64,000 nucleotides of DNA from Laetmonice hystrix. Lineage: Eukaryota. The DNA lies in NCBI GenBank assembly GCA_965235115.1, contig OZ249451.1, forward strand, positions 18,724,001 through 18,788,000. Reading direction: 5' to 3'. The notes beneath the pieces were generated by a model. The model made no database searches and was not told where the DNA came from. It saw nothing but the letters and a program-made list of their open reading frames with translations. A program made the translations under genes and the position numbers. Each line of letters begins with the position of its first letter. Position 1 is the stretch's first letter. Shown here piece after piece: positions 52,050 through 63,930 of this stretch.

Positions 52050-52212
52050 CAGACCTAGTCAGAAAGTCATACCTGGTCAGAAAATCACACCTATAGGCAC
52101 ACGTACACTGTCAGAAGGAAGTCGCAACTAGTCGCACCTAGTCAGAAAGTCACACCTCTTCAGAAAGTCACACCCAGTGACGCCTAGTCAGAAAGTCACA
52201 CCTGGTCAGAGT
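52050..52212. repeat. Degenerate short repeat
   Basis: Recurrent CCTAGTCAGAAAGTCACACCT. Confidence 0.7.
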
Positions 52213-52924
52213 TACAACCGATGTGACAAAAGCAGGGAAAGCTTTTTCTTGACGCCCCGATAGCGGATAGCGTGAGTATTGAAGAGGAAATTTTAAAATC
52301 CAAATATATGTCTTTGTGCCAATCTGTCACTTGAAGCTTTAATCAATATTGTTTTTAAATGCCTCCAGGCAGAGAAGAAAGTCATTACTACTGAGTAGAC
52401 TAGGCAGGCCTAACTTTAGAAATGCGACGACAGTACTTTGACCACTGGCCTCCCAAAAGGCCTCAAGCTACTCCGAGTAGACGTTTTAAGGTCACTCAGT
52501 GCTGCTGGTACAGCCAGGGTACTGAGCCTGACATGGTGTGTGATGAGGCCACAGGAGGCAAGCTGGCAGCCACCACCTCCCTCAATCCCCGGCTTGACAC
52601 AGCTGCTAACATCAAACTGCATACACTGCTATACAACATACCACTCACACGACAGCCAGTCATTGAGTCTGGCTAGTCAGGCGGCAATAATTACCTGAAA
52701 TCTATACAAACACGATCAATATGGACACCCTTCTTTTAATTGCATTTTCTGTGCGGTTTTTTTCTGTCAACAACATTTACCATTCATTCAAATTCGAATG
52801 GAGATTAAAAAATATCCAGCTCATCTAGTATTTTCAGTCAAGAGGGGGCGGGGGTGGGGGAGGTCATTGGCCGATGGTTTAGAAGCTCTGGCTGAGACCC
52901 AGTTTGGCCTTTCCTTGTCAGGTC

Positions 52925-53050
52925 GAACCCCCCGCGCCCAGTGTCCCCGACTGAAATGTAAAGCCGGCTGTGTAACGCTTTGTCTCTGCGTGTAGAGTGG
53001 CACATGTCAAAATTTTGATAAGAGTAGGACCTTGGCCCGATGTTCGGGTT
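52925..53050 (+). mobile_element. Possible SINE core/3' fragment
   Basis: AATGTAAAGCCGG...GCACATGTCAAAATTTTGATAAGAGTAGG resembles, from recall, conserved central domains of invertebrate tRNA-SINEs. Not verified. Confidence 0.25.
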
Positions 53051-53184
53051 TCTCCTAAACCATCTCAGCGTCATCATCTCTCATTATCGCCATCATTGTC
53101 CCCATCGCCATCCCAACCCACCGACCCCACACAACCACCAATGTAGCTGGGCAAGTCCCCGCCCCTGCTGCCCACACTGACTTA

Positions 53185-53363
53185 GGGCAGGTTCTTACCG
53201 AGGATTTGTCCCGGGTAATGCCCGGGTCAGTGGTGGGGAGCTATACCGGTATATGTGAACGCACTTGCCCCGGGGTAACTTAGCACAGATAGGCGGCCGA
53301 GTTACCTCGGCCAGAAGGTTGCCCAGGGGGAAGTTGCTCCGGAGCAGTAGTGAGAACCTGACC
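53185..53363. mobile_element. PIF/Harbinger-like MITE (about 180 bp)
   Basis: TIR GGGCAGGTTCTTAC / GTGAGAACCTGACC. Flanks (C)TTA / TAA(G). Confidence 0.7.
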
Positions 53364-53859
53364 TAAGGATAGGTGACGCCATGCCCACTGGTGTACGCCC
53401 GGTTGACATTTGTCGGCATGTCAGACACGTAACTCTGCATGGACACTAGCGTTACCAAGCCTTTGATTTCAGTGGGTCGGGGGGGGGCACTGGGCGGGCA
53501 GGGGGCAATGGGCAGGCGGGGGGGGGGGGGCAATGGGCGGGAGAGGGAAGGATTTGAACCGGTGAGGAAAGGCACAAGCCCAAACTGGGTGTCAACCAGA
53601 GCTTCTAATTAGCCCTTTGGCCAGTGTCGAGTAGGCGACTCCAAGCCCACAGTTTTACGACTGGATAAATCCATGTTATGAACCTGGCGGTTTCTTGGCT
53701 GTATCAGCGATTGTTGTATGCACAGGTAGACGATGATCATCAGCTAAAACACGTAGTAAAACTGTATGCTGCACGTCTAACGTCACCAATTCGCCTGTTA
53801 CATATTTATGATCCTGAGCTCTAATTGTATCACGTCGCACCTGCCGCTCCAAAGGCCTT

Positions 53860-54181
53860 GTCCTTGTATCGGGTCCTTGTGGCAGGGTCTTGTATCAATG
53901 TCTTGTATCGGGCCCTTGTATTGGGTCCATGTACCCAGTTCTTGTATCAGGGCTTTTTATCAGAACCTTGCCCTTGTATTAGGGTCGTGTATCAGAACCT
54001 TGCCCTTGTATCAGAACCTTGCCCTTGTAGGCCTATTAGGGTCGTGTATCAGAACCTTGCCCTTGTATCAGGGCATTGCCCTTGTATCAGGGCCTATTTC
54101 CGCCTTGTGTCAGAACTTTGCCCTTGTATCAGGGCTTTGTATCAGGGCCTTGCCCTTGTATCAGGGCTTTGTATCAGGGCC
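53860..54181. repeat. Degenerate 10-20-bp repeat
   Basis: Recurrent CCTTGCCCTTGTATCAG(G/A). Confidence 0.85.
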
Positions 54182-54543
54182 TCATGGTGTCATGACATTT
54201 TGCTCTGGTTGACTTCTAAGCCAACAGAGGCAATCAGAGATCAGAGATTTTGCCAAATTAGGACAATGTAGTAATTGGGCCGGAAAGAGTAACTGGTGTG
54301 ATTCCCGCTCAGATGCTCACCACGTCCTCAAACCTGGAGACAACATCAAAAGACAAATCCTAGACCGCATTGACGACATTATACCGTATGTGGACAGCGC
54401 CGTTGGCAGGTTCACCACACAGCTCGATCTTGGATATATCTATATACAAAACCAACTGTCGACTCTTAGAGGAAAGGTAAGTGGCAACATTGGATCCGGA
54501 GGTATCAATTATCACACATGTATGCAGTTCCCCATGCCCATGG

Positions 54544-54650
54544 GGAGAACATCCAACATGTTTCACCCAGGAGAACATCTAACATGTTCCACCCAAGAAA
54601 ACATCCAACATGTTCCACCCAGGAGAACATCTAACAAGTTCCTCACAGGA
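54544..54650. repeat. About 26-bp repeat, 4 copies, just upstream of the LINE remnant
   Basis: AGAACATC(C/T)AACATGTT(T/C)CACCCAGG. Confidence 0.85.
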
Positions 54651-54664
54651 AAAGATTATTTATC

Positions 54665-55510
54665 AGGGATTATGTCCACCCTACGCTGCTGATCTAGGTA
54701 TAATTGTAACAATCGGAGGAAGGTCTCCAAGAGATGTTGAAGATTCTGGACAAGTAGTGAAGGCAATGGAGGATGAAAGTAGATGTAAGAAAATCTAAGA
54801 TTCGAACAACCTTGATACTTGACCGAGAAGTGAGTTTGAATTTAAGCTTAATAATAAATGAAATGGTTGGATAATTGTGTGGCTAAATATAAATAGTTGG
54901 CCATTGCTTTAAATGAACACTTGCATTTTTAGCACCACTGCCTTTGTCTCAGCCAGGTCTATAGACGTGTCTTGGCTGTAACTCTTACACCACGCTATAC
55001 CACTCAGGAGTAGCACCAGTTCTTGATAAGTACTGCTCTGGGATATGGGGATATCAGAAAATTGGATATATTGATACTGTACTGTGTATATATGTTTACA
55101 AAACAGGGCCATAAGCCTGAGGTTCAGAATTCGCGGCAAATTTACCAATAAATGGGGATATATTGAAATATTGAAATTTACGGTCCTGGAATAGGCCAAT
55201 GGAAATAAACTCAAATCAACTAACCAAGAAAATCTTTATGTTTGTGAGAAGAGCCATAAAGCCGGCCTTTGCTGCCCAAAATCTTTATGTGAAACTGTAG
55301 AGTAAGAGATGGGCGTCCAATAAAATAGTGTATATAAGATACGACTGATATTTCTTATAATAGGCTGATACAGAGCAGCTACAATGTAGAGACACGATCC
55401 ATGGTGGGCCCAAACTTTATAGGAACAAAATATCAGTAAGGTGAGCTTCCTCTAGCCATTCTTGTTTTAGCATTCCTTCACACATCTGGTATTGAATCTA
55501 GTCTGGCACA
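54665..55510 (+). mobile_element. Decayed non-LTR retrotransposon (LINE, L2/CR1-like) ORF2 remnant: RT C-terminal half and downstream region
   Basis: Frameshifted and stop-containing translation shows YAADLGIIV / QSEEGLQEMLKILDK**RQWRMKVDVRKSKI (YADD motif region), EFEFKLNN..VAKYK*LAIALNEHLHF, LYHSGVAPVLD(K)YCSGIWGYQK, QNRAI and LTKKIF. These are typical LINE ORF2 motifs in the expected order. Confidence 0.82.
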
Positions 55511-58500
55511 TCATAATGTTTTTACAAAAGGCTTAATTTTTAAACCTTTATCAGGGTGTTTTCGAGGTGAACTTTTTTTTTGAAGAAGTAGACTATTATT
55601 AATTTTAGGGGAAAAAAATAACAAAGACTAAAAGCCATGGAAAGACGTTTTGCACTTCACTGAAAACTGACAAGAAAAATTGGCATGGGGGAGGGGGTCT
55701 TGCCTATGGGCCTGAGGCTGGTACAATACACAACTTTATGTCACAATCCCATATCAGCCTAGATATCTGATGAAAACATTACAATTACTAATAATCTCAT
55801 TATAAACCTTTTCTTTCTGTACAACATTAAATCTGAAAGTATTACCATATTATTCATTCTGAGCCATTTCAAAGGGGTGTGCATATACATGTAGGCCTAC
55901 ATGGTCACCTAGAATTGACATATAAATGGAAAGTAATCACTTAAAACTACAGTAACTGTTGCTGAAATGCTGAGTAGCATTTTATATAGTTTATATTGAC
56001 TGGCAATGATCATATAAAGGCACACAGGGATCTGCCAGATTCATAAAAATTCTGCTAGCTCTGGCAACTGGGGCAATGATTCTCTCAGGCCATAATATCC
56101 ACAAACACTTCACTCTACATGTAGCATTATATAGGTTTATAACACATTGGTCGCCTGCGGCCCAGGTAGGCCTAGACAGCATCACATAGGCCCTAGGCCT
56201 ATATCTGTCTCATTCATTGTCTGATGTCAAAAAGGAGGATATCCCCCAGTTATTGCAATTATTGATTATATTATTATATAATATAATAATATAAATATAA
56301 AAATAATACTCATATACTGCCAATCATTGATATTGAATGATTCATTAACATTCATTTTCAGTAAAACATAGCCATAGGCTGACTGACCACCCCCCCCCCC
56401 CCCCCTCCCCTCCCGGCCAAGCTAGTTCTTGGGTCGTGCACTCGTAGCCGTGGGTAAGTTCTTACCACATAGACGGATAAAACTGTACAATGTAGTTCAC
56501 TTCATCAACAACAGTTAACACAGACAGTTGTGCCAAACGGCCTCGCCCCATCATTCACAGTGACTTTGACAGACCGAGGCCGAGTGTGCCTGACTGCGAC
56601 CCGCAGTGAACCCATTCATTTCGGAATAATCATGAGGGTAACAGTGTGACTCAGTCAGTCAGTCGAACCTTCACCAGTCCCCCACCCACAAATAGTCCAA
56701 CTACCAAACACTTACCTTATCTCAGTCGTTATCTCCGACCAGTCGCTGACAGCTAGATAAGAAGCGGGTTGATTGGGGGTGTAGTTTTTGTGTACGGTAT
56801 CGAGATAAAGAGACGCTCTCCGTGTCTTGTCGTGTCTTCTGCCGCAACTTGGATCCAGTCCGTGTTTATATGGCAAGGTCAAGGACGCTCTGAGGTCATA
56901 GGTCAACGCAGGAATTCGTCGGCCGTAGGCGTAGGCCTAATTTTCGCCGACCGAAGCTTATGGACAGTTTCCCTCGAGATTTTACCGGTTAATATTGAGT
57001 ATAATCGCCAGTTAAGTGCGTGTGATATCAGAGACAACTTTAATATGGGCAGGTTTTAGAACACGAATAAAATTTCGTTCCTCGAAAACAGTGGAGCTGG
57101 TTCCGAGAATCGCCGCCAGATGTCAATGTGGTCGGTGCTGCCGTCGCACCTGCGGCCGGTAGGCTAATCGCGACAAGCTATTTAAGTTTTAACACCTAAA
57201 GTAAAATAACTTTAAATATAATTTGAAATGACACTCAGAATAGGGAGGCCCAGGGAAAACGATAGTGGACAAAAACTGTGGGCCTAATTTAAAATGCCAG
57301 GCCTATTAGGAAGCCCTCAAACTTAAATAGTGTATATCTTTCCCATTATTTAGGCCCTACTCAGTCTGCTAGGCCGAGATAATATAAAGTTACATGTACC
57401 GGTAATAAGTCGCTGTGAAAAAAAAATGTTCGGAATATTTAATAAAAGACAAACATGGAGCCTTTTTGGATTGACACATTTATTGAATACCATATTAACA
57501 TCAATTAAGGAGACCGAATCTAAGCTCTAAAACATAATGAATCACATGTAATATCAATGGAAACAATGCGCCGTGACTGGTTGTAAAGACGGTTACAAAT
57601 CTTTATGGTGAAAAAAAAAACACCAACAAAAAACAGTGGATCCTTTGGCAAAAGAAATCACTACCAACTCGAGCCTAATCTTTGTCTTCCTATTCTGGAT
57701 TGGACTACACACAATGTTTACGTCCGACCAATAAAAAATCTACTACAACAGGTACCCGAGTACCGTGTACTGTTATCAGCCTTGGGAAATAAAAGGTACC
57801 TGGAATAACACAAATATAAATAATGAGGATGCCGAGCTACATCATGATTTATGTCCCTTGCTTTGGTTAGGGTCAGATTCCAAGGGACACTGGCAAGAAC
57901 CGAATAAGTACACACTTGTGTTGTGGACCACCAATGTGCCACTAAATCTTTCGACATTCTAGCTTTACTTGGAAATACCTTTGGTTGACGAAATTATAAC
58001 GTATATCTCATATTTGGGAGGGGATGATGCGTCTGGGAAAAACGTCTCAACTCTACCATTTTCCCTACTACAAAAATCAATTAATTCCGCGCATCATAAT
58101 CTTCAGTCACATCTCTAGGTTTACCTGCCATCCAGACACAAACATATTTATCCATTTTCTGAATTATAACAAACCTTTTATATGACTATATAACCAAGCA
58201 GTTCTTTCATACCTCCATACTACTTGCACATAATTAGCAAAGAACATTGGCACAGATGTACACGTACATGCTAATATCTGACTGTTACAATCCACCAACT
58301 ATAATTTGTCGGAAGTCCACAGTAAGTCCACAGTACCTTACAATACGGTCCACAAACTTCCCCTAATGTCTCGGCTCCAAGAGCTTAAAACTTTTTGCAA
58401 TATTTTCTTCTGACATACATTAAGAATATATTTTCCCTTGTTTTCCTCACTCGATGGTAACTTCTAGTGATACGTTGTTCAAGGTCTAGCGTCTATGTAC

Positions 58501-60480
58501 ACGACTATAAATAGAGGTGGCCATCAAAGTTCAATTTCATAAGATAGATAAGATACAAGAAATAACTAGTGCTGTGGCAGTTCTGATGGCAATAGACTTA
58601 CATGGCAACTACCGGTATTCATGACGATAGAGTTTTGACAGAAATGTACAGTAGACACTGCAGGAAACAATTTGATGTTGTAACAGAAAGATAGAGGCTC
58701 ATTTTGAATTCTCACACTATCGGCAAGTGACAACGTGGGTAAGACTATTTCAGCTATCACAGAGTTAATTCTGCCTGTTTTCCCTGCAGTGGCACTGTAA
58801 TTTTGTCACTTATGCCATATCTCTGCAAAAAATATCCCTATTTAAAAACCGCAGCTTGCGCCATCCCCCCGCCCTCCTCTGAACACGTAAGTGGATCAAA
58901 TATCGCTCTCTATCAAAGATATTCTCGCTACCTTTCTACTATTTCGGTTATCGTCTACATTTAGAACTCCAGCCGAAATCTCTGTTGGTAATTGGGCCAC
59001 AAGGTAAAGTCTTTCATACCACAACACGCTAACACAGAGTTATATAAAAACTGGACAATTTGAAACCCAAATTCTTCTTCCTCTCAATTTCTTTAGTATT
59101 TCATTTTTATGAGAAAAGGGGCAGAAGCGAGATTTTCTTTTGATAAAGACACACCCCATGACGTCCTCCGCAAAGTTGGGACCAATAAAATCCACTTGCT
59201 GTCTCTACAGGACCTCTACAATAAATAGAGTTGCTTCAATGTGGCATGGAAAGACTACCTGTAAGGCATCATCAAAAGCTTTCTTCTCTAAGTGTGTCCT
59301 ACATTGATACTGTGGCCAGGAAAAGTTGAGAAATCTTCCCACTACAGCGACTTCGACTGGAGTTCTGCAGGGCACTGTTCTACAGTAGGAAAATAGTCAT
59401 ATACCTTCGACAGCAAAAACACCTTTTAATTCTATTCGTAAATACATTCATGAAACCGGCCATGAAGTGTAAATGTACATTTCCTATGGCTTTACTAGAT
59501 TTTTGGACATCTTCATATCACACAATAAACTAGATTATCGTCTTTCTACTGCCTATCACTTTCATGGAGGTCCCTAGAAGACTTGGGTCTCACATATATT
59601 TGAGACTTAGAACTCCTATTTTTTTCCTTCATGAATTTGGTGAATATCTTTTACTTCTCTGCAATTGGAGAGAATACACGTCTTGTTTCTAGGACTGCAA
59701 TAGGAGCCAATCTGCTCTAATAATAATTATTATAATATCATACCAGTAAAGATTCCTGAACATAATTTTGAAAGGAACACATCATACATCAGGCACATCT
59801 CTCATGCCATTGCTTCTATGTTTCACCCACATTCATTCCCCTCAACACCATCGGACTGCGACTAGACCAAACCTGCTTACGATTCTGGGTTCGAGTGCAG
59901 CTTTGGCTGCAAGATTGAGATACTAGCCCTCTGGCATGAGGGTTCAAGGTTTGCTCGAGCAAAAGAGCTCACTGAGGATAAGCCTTGATTGAATACTACA
60001 GCCAGCCTGCCTGGCCCGGCGCATAACTCAACGGCCTGCACGGAGCCCAATCACAATTTATTTCTCGTTCTTTGGTCACGGACCTGAAATTCGTTTCTGA
60101 AGTGCATAGTCAAACAAAAGTTTTATAATCTGTAGAGCGTTGAGAGACAGCGTTTGAAATAAGGGGGAAAAGGTGGGTTATCTAGGACAACCTAGAGAAC
60201 ATGCGTTGGTCCATCAACTTTTTTTCTTCCTAATGAAGCTTGAAAAAAGAAAATGTACGTTTAGTGCAAAGTTCTGTTTAAGCCACCAGATTTTGAATGT
60301 TTAAAAACTTCTTCCCTATCACTTTCAATTTCCTAAAAATCAAAATGCCACAAAATGAGTTTTAATAGCACTCAGCATAAATGGAATGATAGGAGGGTGA
60401 CCCTCTAGGTTGTCCCACGTGACTTTAGGTTGACCTATGACCTGTAAAACCCCCCTACCGTATATCAAACGCTACTGTCG

Positions 60481-60870
60481 CTATACTGTGGGTTCCACGG
60501 GTAGAACTCCAACCCCTACCCCGCCCTCGTGAGCACACATAGACGCCCCGAACATCCAACTGTCCTGAACCGGGTCGTAGATTTCCATACAGCTGAGGTT
60601 AGTCAGACCGTCGTAACCACCAATAGCGTACAACTTCCCACAATTAGCAACCAGAGCCATGCGACTCCGCTTCCTGTTCATCGGAGCAACATAGGACCAT
60701 TTATTGGTGACCGGGTCATAGCATTCAACGGTTCGTAGGAAAACGGCTCCGTCGTAGCCACCACAGGCGTAGACTTTATGGTTGAGAGCGGCCACCCCCA
60801 GTCTGCACCTTTTTGATAACATTGGCGCCACTGGCATCCATTTTTCTGTGTGGTTGTTGTAGCATTCCAC
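60481..60870 (-). CDS. KLHL18: KLHL18-like terminal coding exon (last kelch repeats, stop TAG)
   Basis: ttcttcag|GTG GAA TGC... gives VECYNNHTEKW...GGYDG...CAHEGGVGVGVLPVEPTV*. The HEGGVGVG C-terminus is characteristic of KLHL18 (from recall). Phase 0. Confidence 0.95.
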   Translation of the reverse strand: MECYNNHTEKWMPVAPMLSKRCRLGVAALNHKVYACGGYDGAVFLRTVECYDPVTNKWSYVAPMNRKRSRMALVANCGKLYAIGGYDGLTNLSCMEIYDPVQDSWMFGASMCAHEGGVGVGVLPVEPTV

Positions 60871-60887
60871 CTGAAGAATAAAGTAGA

Positions 60888-61232
60888 GAAATATTCGGTG
60901 CCTCTCCTTGTAAAGTCAGCCATAAAGCCACATGGTTTGTTAAGAAAAAAAAGAAAAACCTTAAAAGTAACAAAATTTTTGGTGCCTCTCCTTGTAAAGT
61001 CTGCCATAAAGCCACATGGTTTGTTAGGAAAAAAAAAGAAAAACCTTAAAAGTAACAAAATATTTGGTGCCTCTCCTTGTAAAGTCTGCCATAAAGCCAC
61101 ATGGTTTGTTAAGAAAAAAAAAGAAAAACCTTAAAAGTAACAAAATATTTGGTGCCTCTCCTTGTAAAGTCTGCCATAAAGCCACATGGTTTATTAAGCA
61201 AAAAAGTGAAAAACCTTGAAAGTAACAAAAGG
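60888..61232. repeat. 84-85-bp tandem repeat, about 4 copies, at the 3' end of the last KLHL18 intron
   Basis: Unit GGTGCCTCTCCTTGTAAAGTCTGCCATAAAGCCACATGGTTTGTTAAG(A)nGAAAAACCTTAAAAGTAACAAAATATTT, starting at 60897, 60981, 61066 and 61151. Confidence 0.95.
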
Positions 61233-61454
61233 CGATTTTTTTAAATAGACAGAAAACTTTACAGCACTGGCATTGAATACTGAACACTTTGAAGACTTTC
61301 TAGGTTTGGCCATAAAAAATAAAGGAACAAGGGGACTATTTTTCCATATAAATGATGCGGCAAAGCTTAGAAGATACAAAAAAACTGAAATTTAACGCAC
61401 TATGATTATTTCGCCCCCAAGGTTCTGAAAAGAAAACTCTGTTTTCATACTTAC

Positions 61455-61566
61455 TGAATCAAATATGGAGAGTCCGTCATGGCCACCAAGTGCATAAATT
61501 TGCCCGTCAAATACTGTCATTCCCGCAGCACTACGGTGAGACATCATCTGTGATACCATCGTCCAC
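61455..61566 (-). CDS. KLHL18: KLHL18-like kelch exon
   Basis: ctag|G TGG... gives (K)[37 protein letters not shown], then |GTAAGT. 112 nt, phase 2 to 0. Confidence 0.93.
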
Positions 61567-62143
61567 CTAGACGGCAGAATACAAAGTTAGTTACTGCAAA
61601 GTGTGGTCCGTGTAAAAATTACCACCATTAAAAACATGCACTGTTTCAAGCAGCCCTAATTGTTCCGTCCAGTTTCTAGACTTTGCACACACATCGGGAT
61701 GGATGGTAGAATTTTGGGTGAATCCAGGATTGTGAAATTTTTACAGAAACCTTTGAGAGACAATGTGATGTCAGATGTGAACAATATCTTGGCATAATCT
61801 TAAGAATAAATACGAAATTTCAGGACTCTGAAAAGTGTTTTTAATGGTGTGATCAAGGAAAGGTCGATGAAGTCAGTTGTTCATTTTTGTCTTTATTTTC
61901 ATCCTGTCAAGGAACCTTGTGTTGATATCAAATTGAGCAAGGGTATCAAACTGTGTTATGGTGTTACCACACTGCCCCAGATATCTACTTGTTATAAGCT
62001 ACCAGCAATATGCTATTATCAGTATCTGTACAGATATCAGAGGCTTTCTTTTTGAACATCGCATCCAGCAATAAAATCCACAAACCAAGATCCAGTTATC
62101 AATGAACCAGAGTTCAGCTTTAACTGCAGAACAAAGTACTCAC

Positions 62144-62248
62144 TTATCTGGTTCAGGTTCGTAGTACTCGACAGAACTTAGTGACGTGAATCCATCATAA
62201 CCTCCGCACACATACAACTTGTCCTCCAGGGAAACTGCGCCAAGGGCA
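62144..62248 (-). CDS. KLHL18: KLHL18-like kelch exon
   Basis: cccag|T GCC... gives (S)[34 protein letters not shown](K), then |GTGAGT. 105 nt, phase 2 to 2. Confidence 0.93.
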
Positions 62249-62383
62249 CTGGGCATGGGAAGAGCATACTTGTATAATTTCCAATTTAAAAAAAAAAATT
62301 TTTTTAAACATATTTTTTTTATTGAACATATTTACCCAGGACATCAAACTCGGCTAGTTTGCCGACATAAATGTCAGATCCTG

Positions 62384-62572
62384 GGGCCCATTTCACTAAC
62401 GATGACATCCCCGCGACATCCCCGACACTCAATCTGTTCCACTAAAATGTCTGTCCCTGGAGACATCCTCAATTCAGGCAATGTTAATTTCAAGGACATT
62501 TTAGTGAAACAGTATGTGTCTGAATCGTGAATGTCCCCACCTGGGGATGTCCTAGCTTAGTGAAACGGGCCC
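62384..62572. mobile_element. PIF/Harbinger-like MITE inside a KLHL18 intron
   Basis: 16-bp TIR GGGCCCATTTCACTAA / TTAGTGAAACGGGCCC. Flanks CTG/CAG. Internal GACATCCCC / GGGGATGTC repeats. Confidence 0.8.
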
Positions 62573-62673
62573 CAGCTTACTCTAAATTAAAGGTCAGGTG
62601 TTGGACAGTTTATGAAGTGTATTAACAGGCAAATATACATTTTAATCTGGCTAACTTTGGGGATATCTCTTAC

Positions 62674-62788
62674 CTCCGTTTACATTGCATAGGTGCCACT
62701 AATTTCCAGGTTTTTGTTTTGGGATTGAAGACCTCGACAGTACTGAGCCTGTCAGTTCCGTCGTAGCCTCCCATAGCGTAGAGTTGTC
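62674..62788 (-). CDS. KLHL18: KLHL18-like kelch exon
   Basis: ttttag|GA CAA... gives (G)QLYAMGGYDGTDRLSTVEVFNPKTKTWKLVAPMQCKR(S), then |GTAAGA. 115 nt, phase 1 to 2. Not in the ORF track (too short). Confidence 0.93.
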
Positions 62789-63033
62789 CTAAAACAGATA
62801 CAATACTACCCATTACAAGTATTTCTAAAGGCATTTCCTTGGGATGACAACATTGATGATAAATTTAGACAAATTTAACTTATGTAAATATTAACAATGT
62901 ACAAAGAAATCAAGAACATTTTAGACCACATTAAAGAAAGCATTGTGAAGCAACATATTTTTGGGTCATCAGTGCATTCATACATAAAAATGTTCTTGGC
63001 AGAAGAAAACTTTTATCGTCGCTGGATTCTCAC

Positions 63034-63141
63034 CTTTTAAGACAGCGACTCCGACCCTGCTGCGCAAGGTTTTCATTGGTTCAGCTACTTGCCATCTTCC
63101 AAGATTGGGGTCAAAGGCTTCGACTGTGCTCACCGAGTCTC
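63034..63141 (-). CDS. KLHL18: KLHL18-like kelch exon
   Basis: tatacag|GA GAC... gives (G)DSVSTVEAFDPNLGRWQVAEPMKTLRSRVGVAVLK(G), then |GTGAGA. 108 nt, phase 1 to 1. Confidence 0.93.
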
Positions 63142-63528
63142 CTGTATAACCAAGTGGATAACTTCTCAGCAAACACAAATTTCAATAACTAGACTTCTTG
63201 CCATAATAGATTTTTCAAGAACTAACAGGCTCCCAAGTTAGAAAACTTTGAAAAAACTTTGGGACTCCAGCATATGTCTTATTGTCATTCCGCAGGAAAA
63301 TAAAATGTCTTAATTATTTCATTAGAGTAACTGTGATATTTCCTAAATTTAGGAGGTAAATCACTTCCTGACTCAGTCAGTCACTGTTGCCAAGGCCCAT
63401 ACTTCAGCCAGTGTCTCTTAGTTAGGTGTTGACCAGGGGTCTATCATAATCGAGCACTGAATGGTCTAAGTTGTTGGAATTGGACATAATCACGACTGCT
63501 CCCTCACCCGTTACAATACCCCACATAC

Positions 63529-63665
63529 CTGAACTGGTGAGGCCACCCACAGCATAGATAATACCAAGCACTTCGACACAACATCGTGGACGGGTTTTAA
63601 ATGTTTGCAGTTGCTGCCTCCGACATGGCATTAGATGGTAGTCCTTAGCCTCATCCAGCAAGTCC
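63529..63665 (-). CDS. KLHL18: KLHL18-like exon (end of BACK/IVR, start of kelch 1)
   Basis: tattttag|G GAC TTG... gives (R)[45 protein letters not shown](G), then |GTATGT. 137 nt, phase 2 to 1. [15 protein letters not shown] is the typical KLHL18 linker (from recall). Confidence 0.92.
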
Positions 63666-63930
63666 CTAAAATAGTTACGGTCAAACACACTCCATTCATC
63701 ATGTCATTTCAAAATTATTTGAAAAATGGAATTTTTATACCTTTTTTCTAATAGATATTCATTTAATATGGTATTTAAAAAAAGCTGAATATTTTGTGCA
63801 TGCCCTTAATCTCTTCCCGTGGAGAAAGTTTGCAATGAAAATTTATGACAACATGGCACTGGACTTTTACACAGCCAAATATCTGAACTCATAATTAAGA
63901 CCTGTGCGTTGATTACGGTATTCGTCCTAC

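Noticed and set aside
60868-60870. ORF-track start M of the 129-aa kelch ORF
   Set aside because: It is a GTG (Val) codon right after a splice acceptor, i.e. an internal exon rather than a start.
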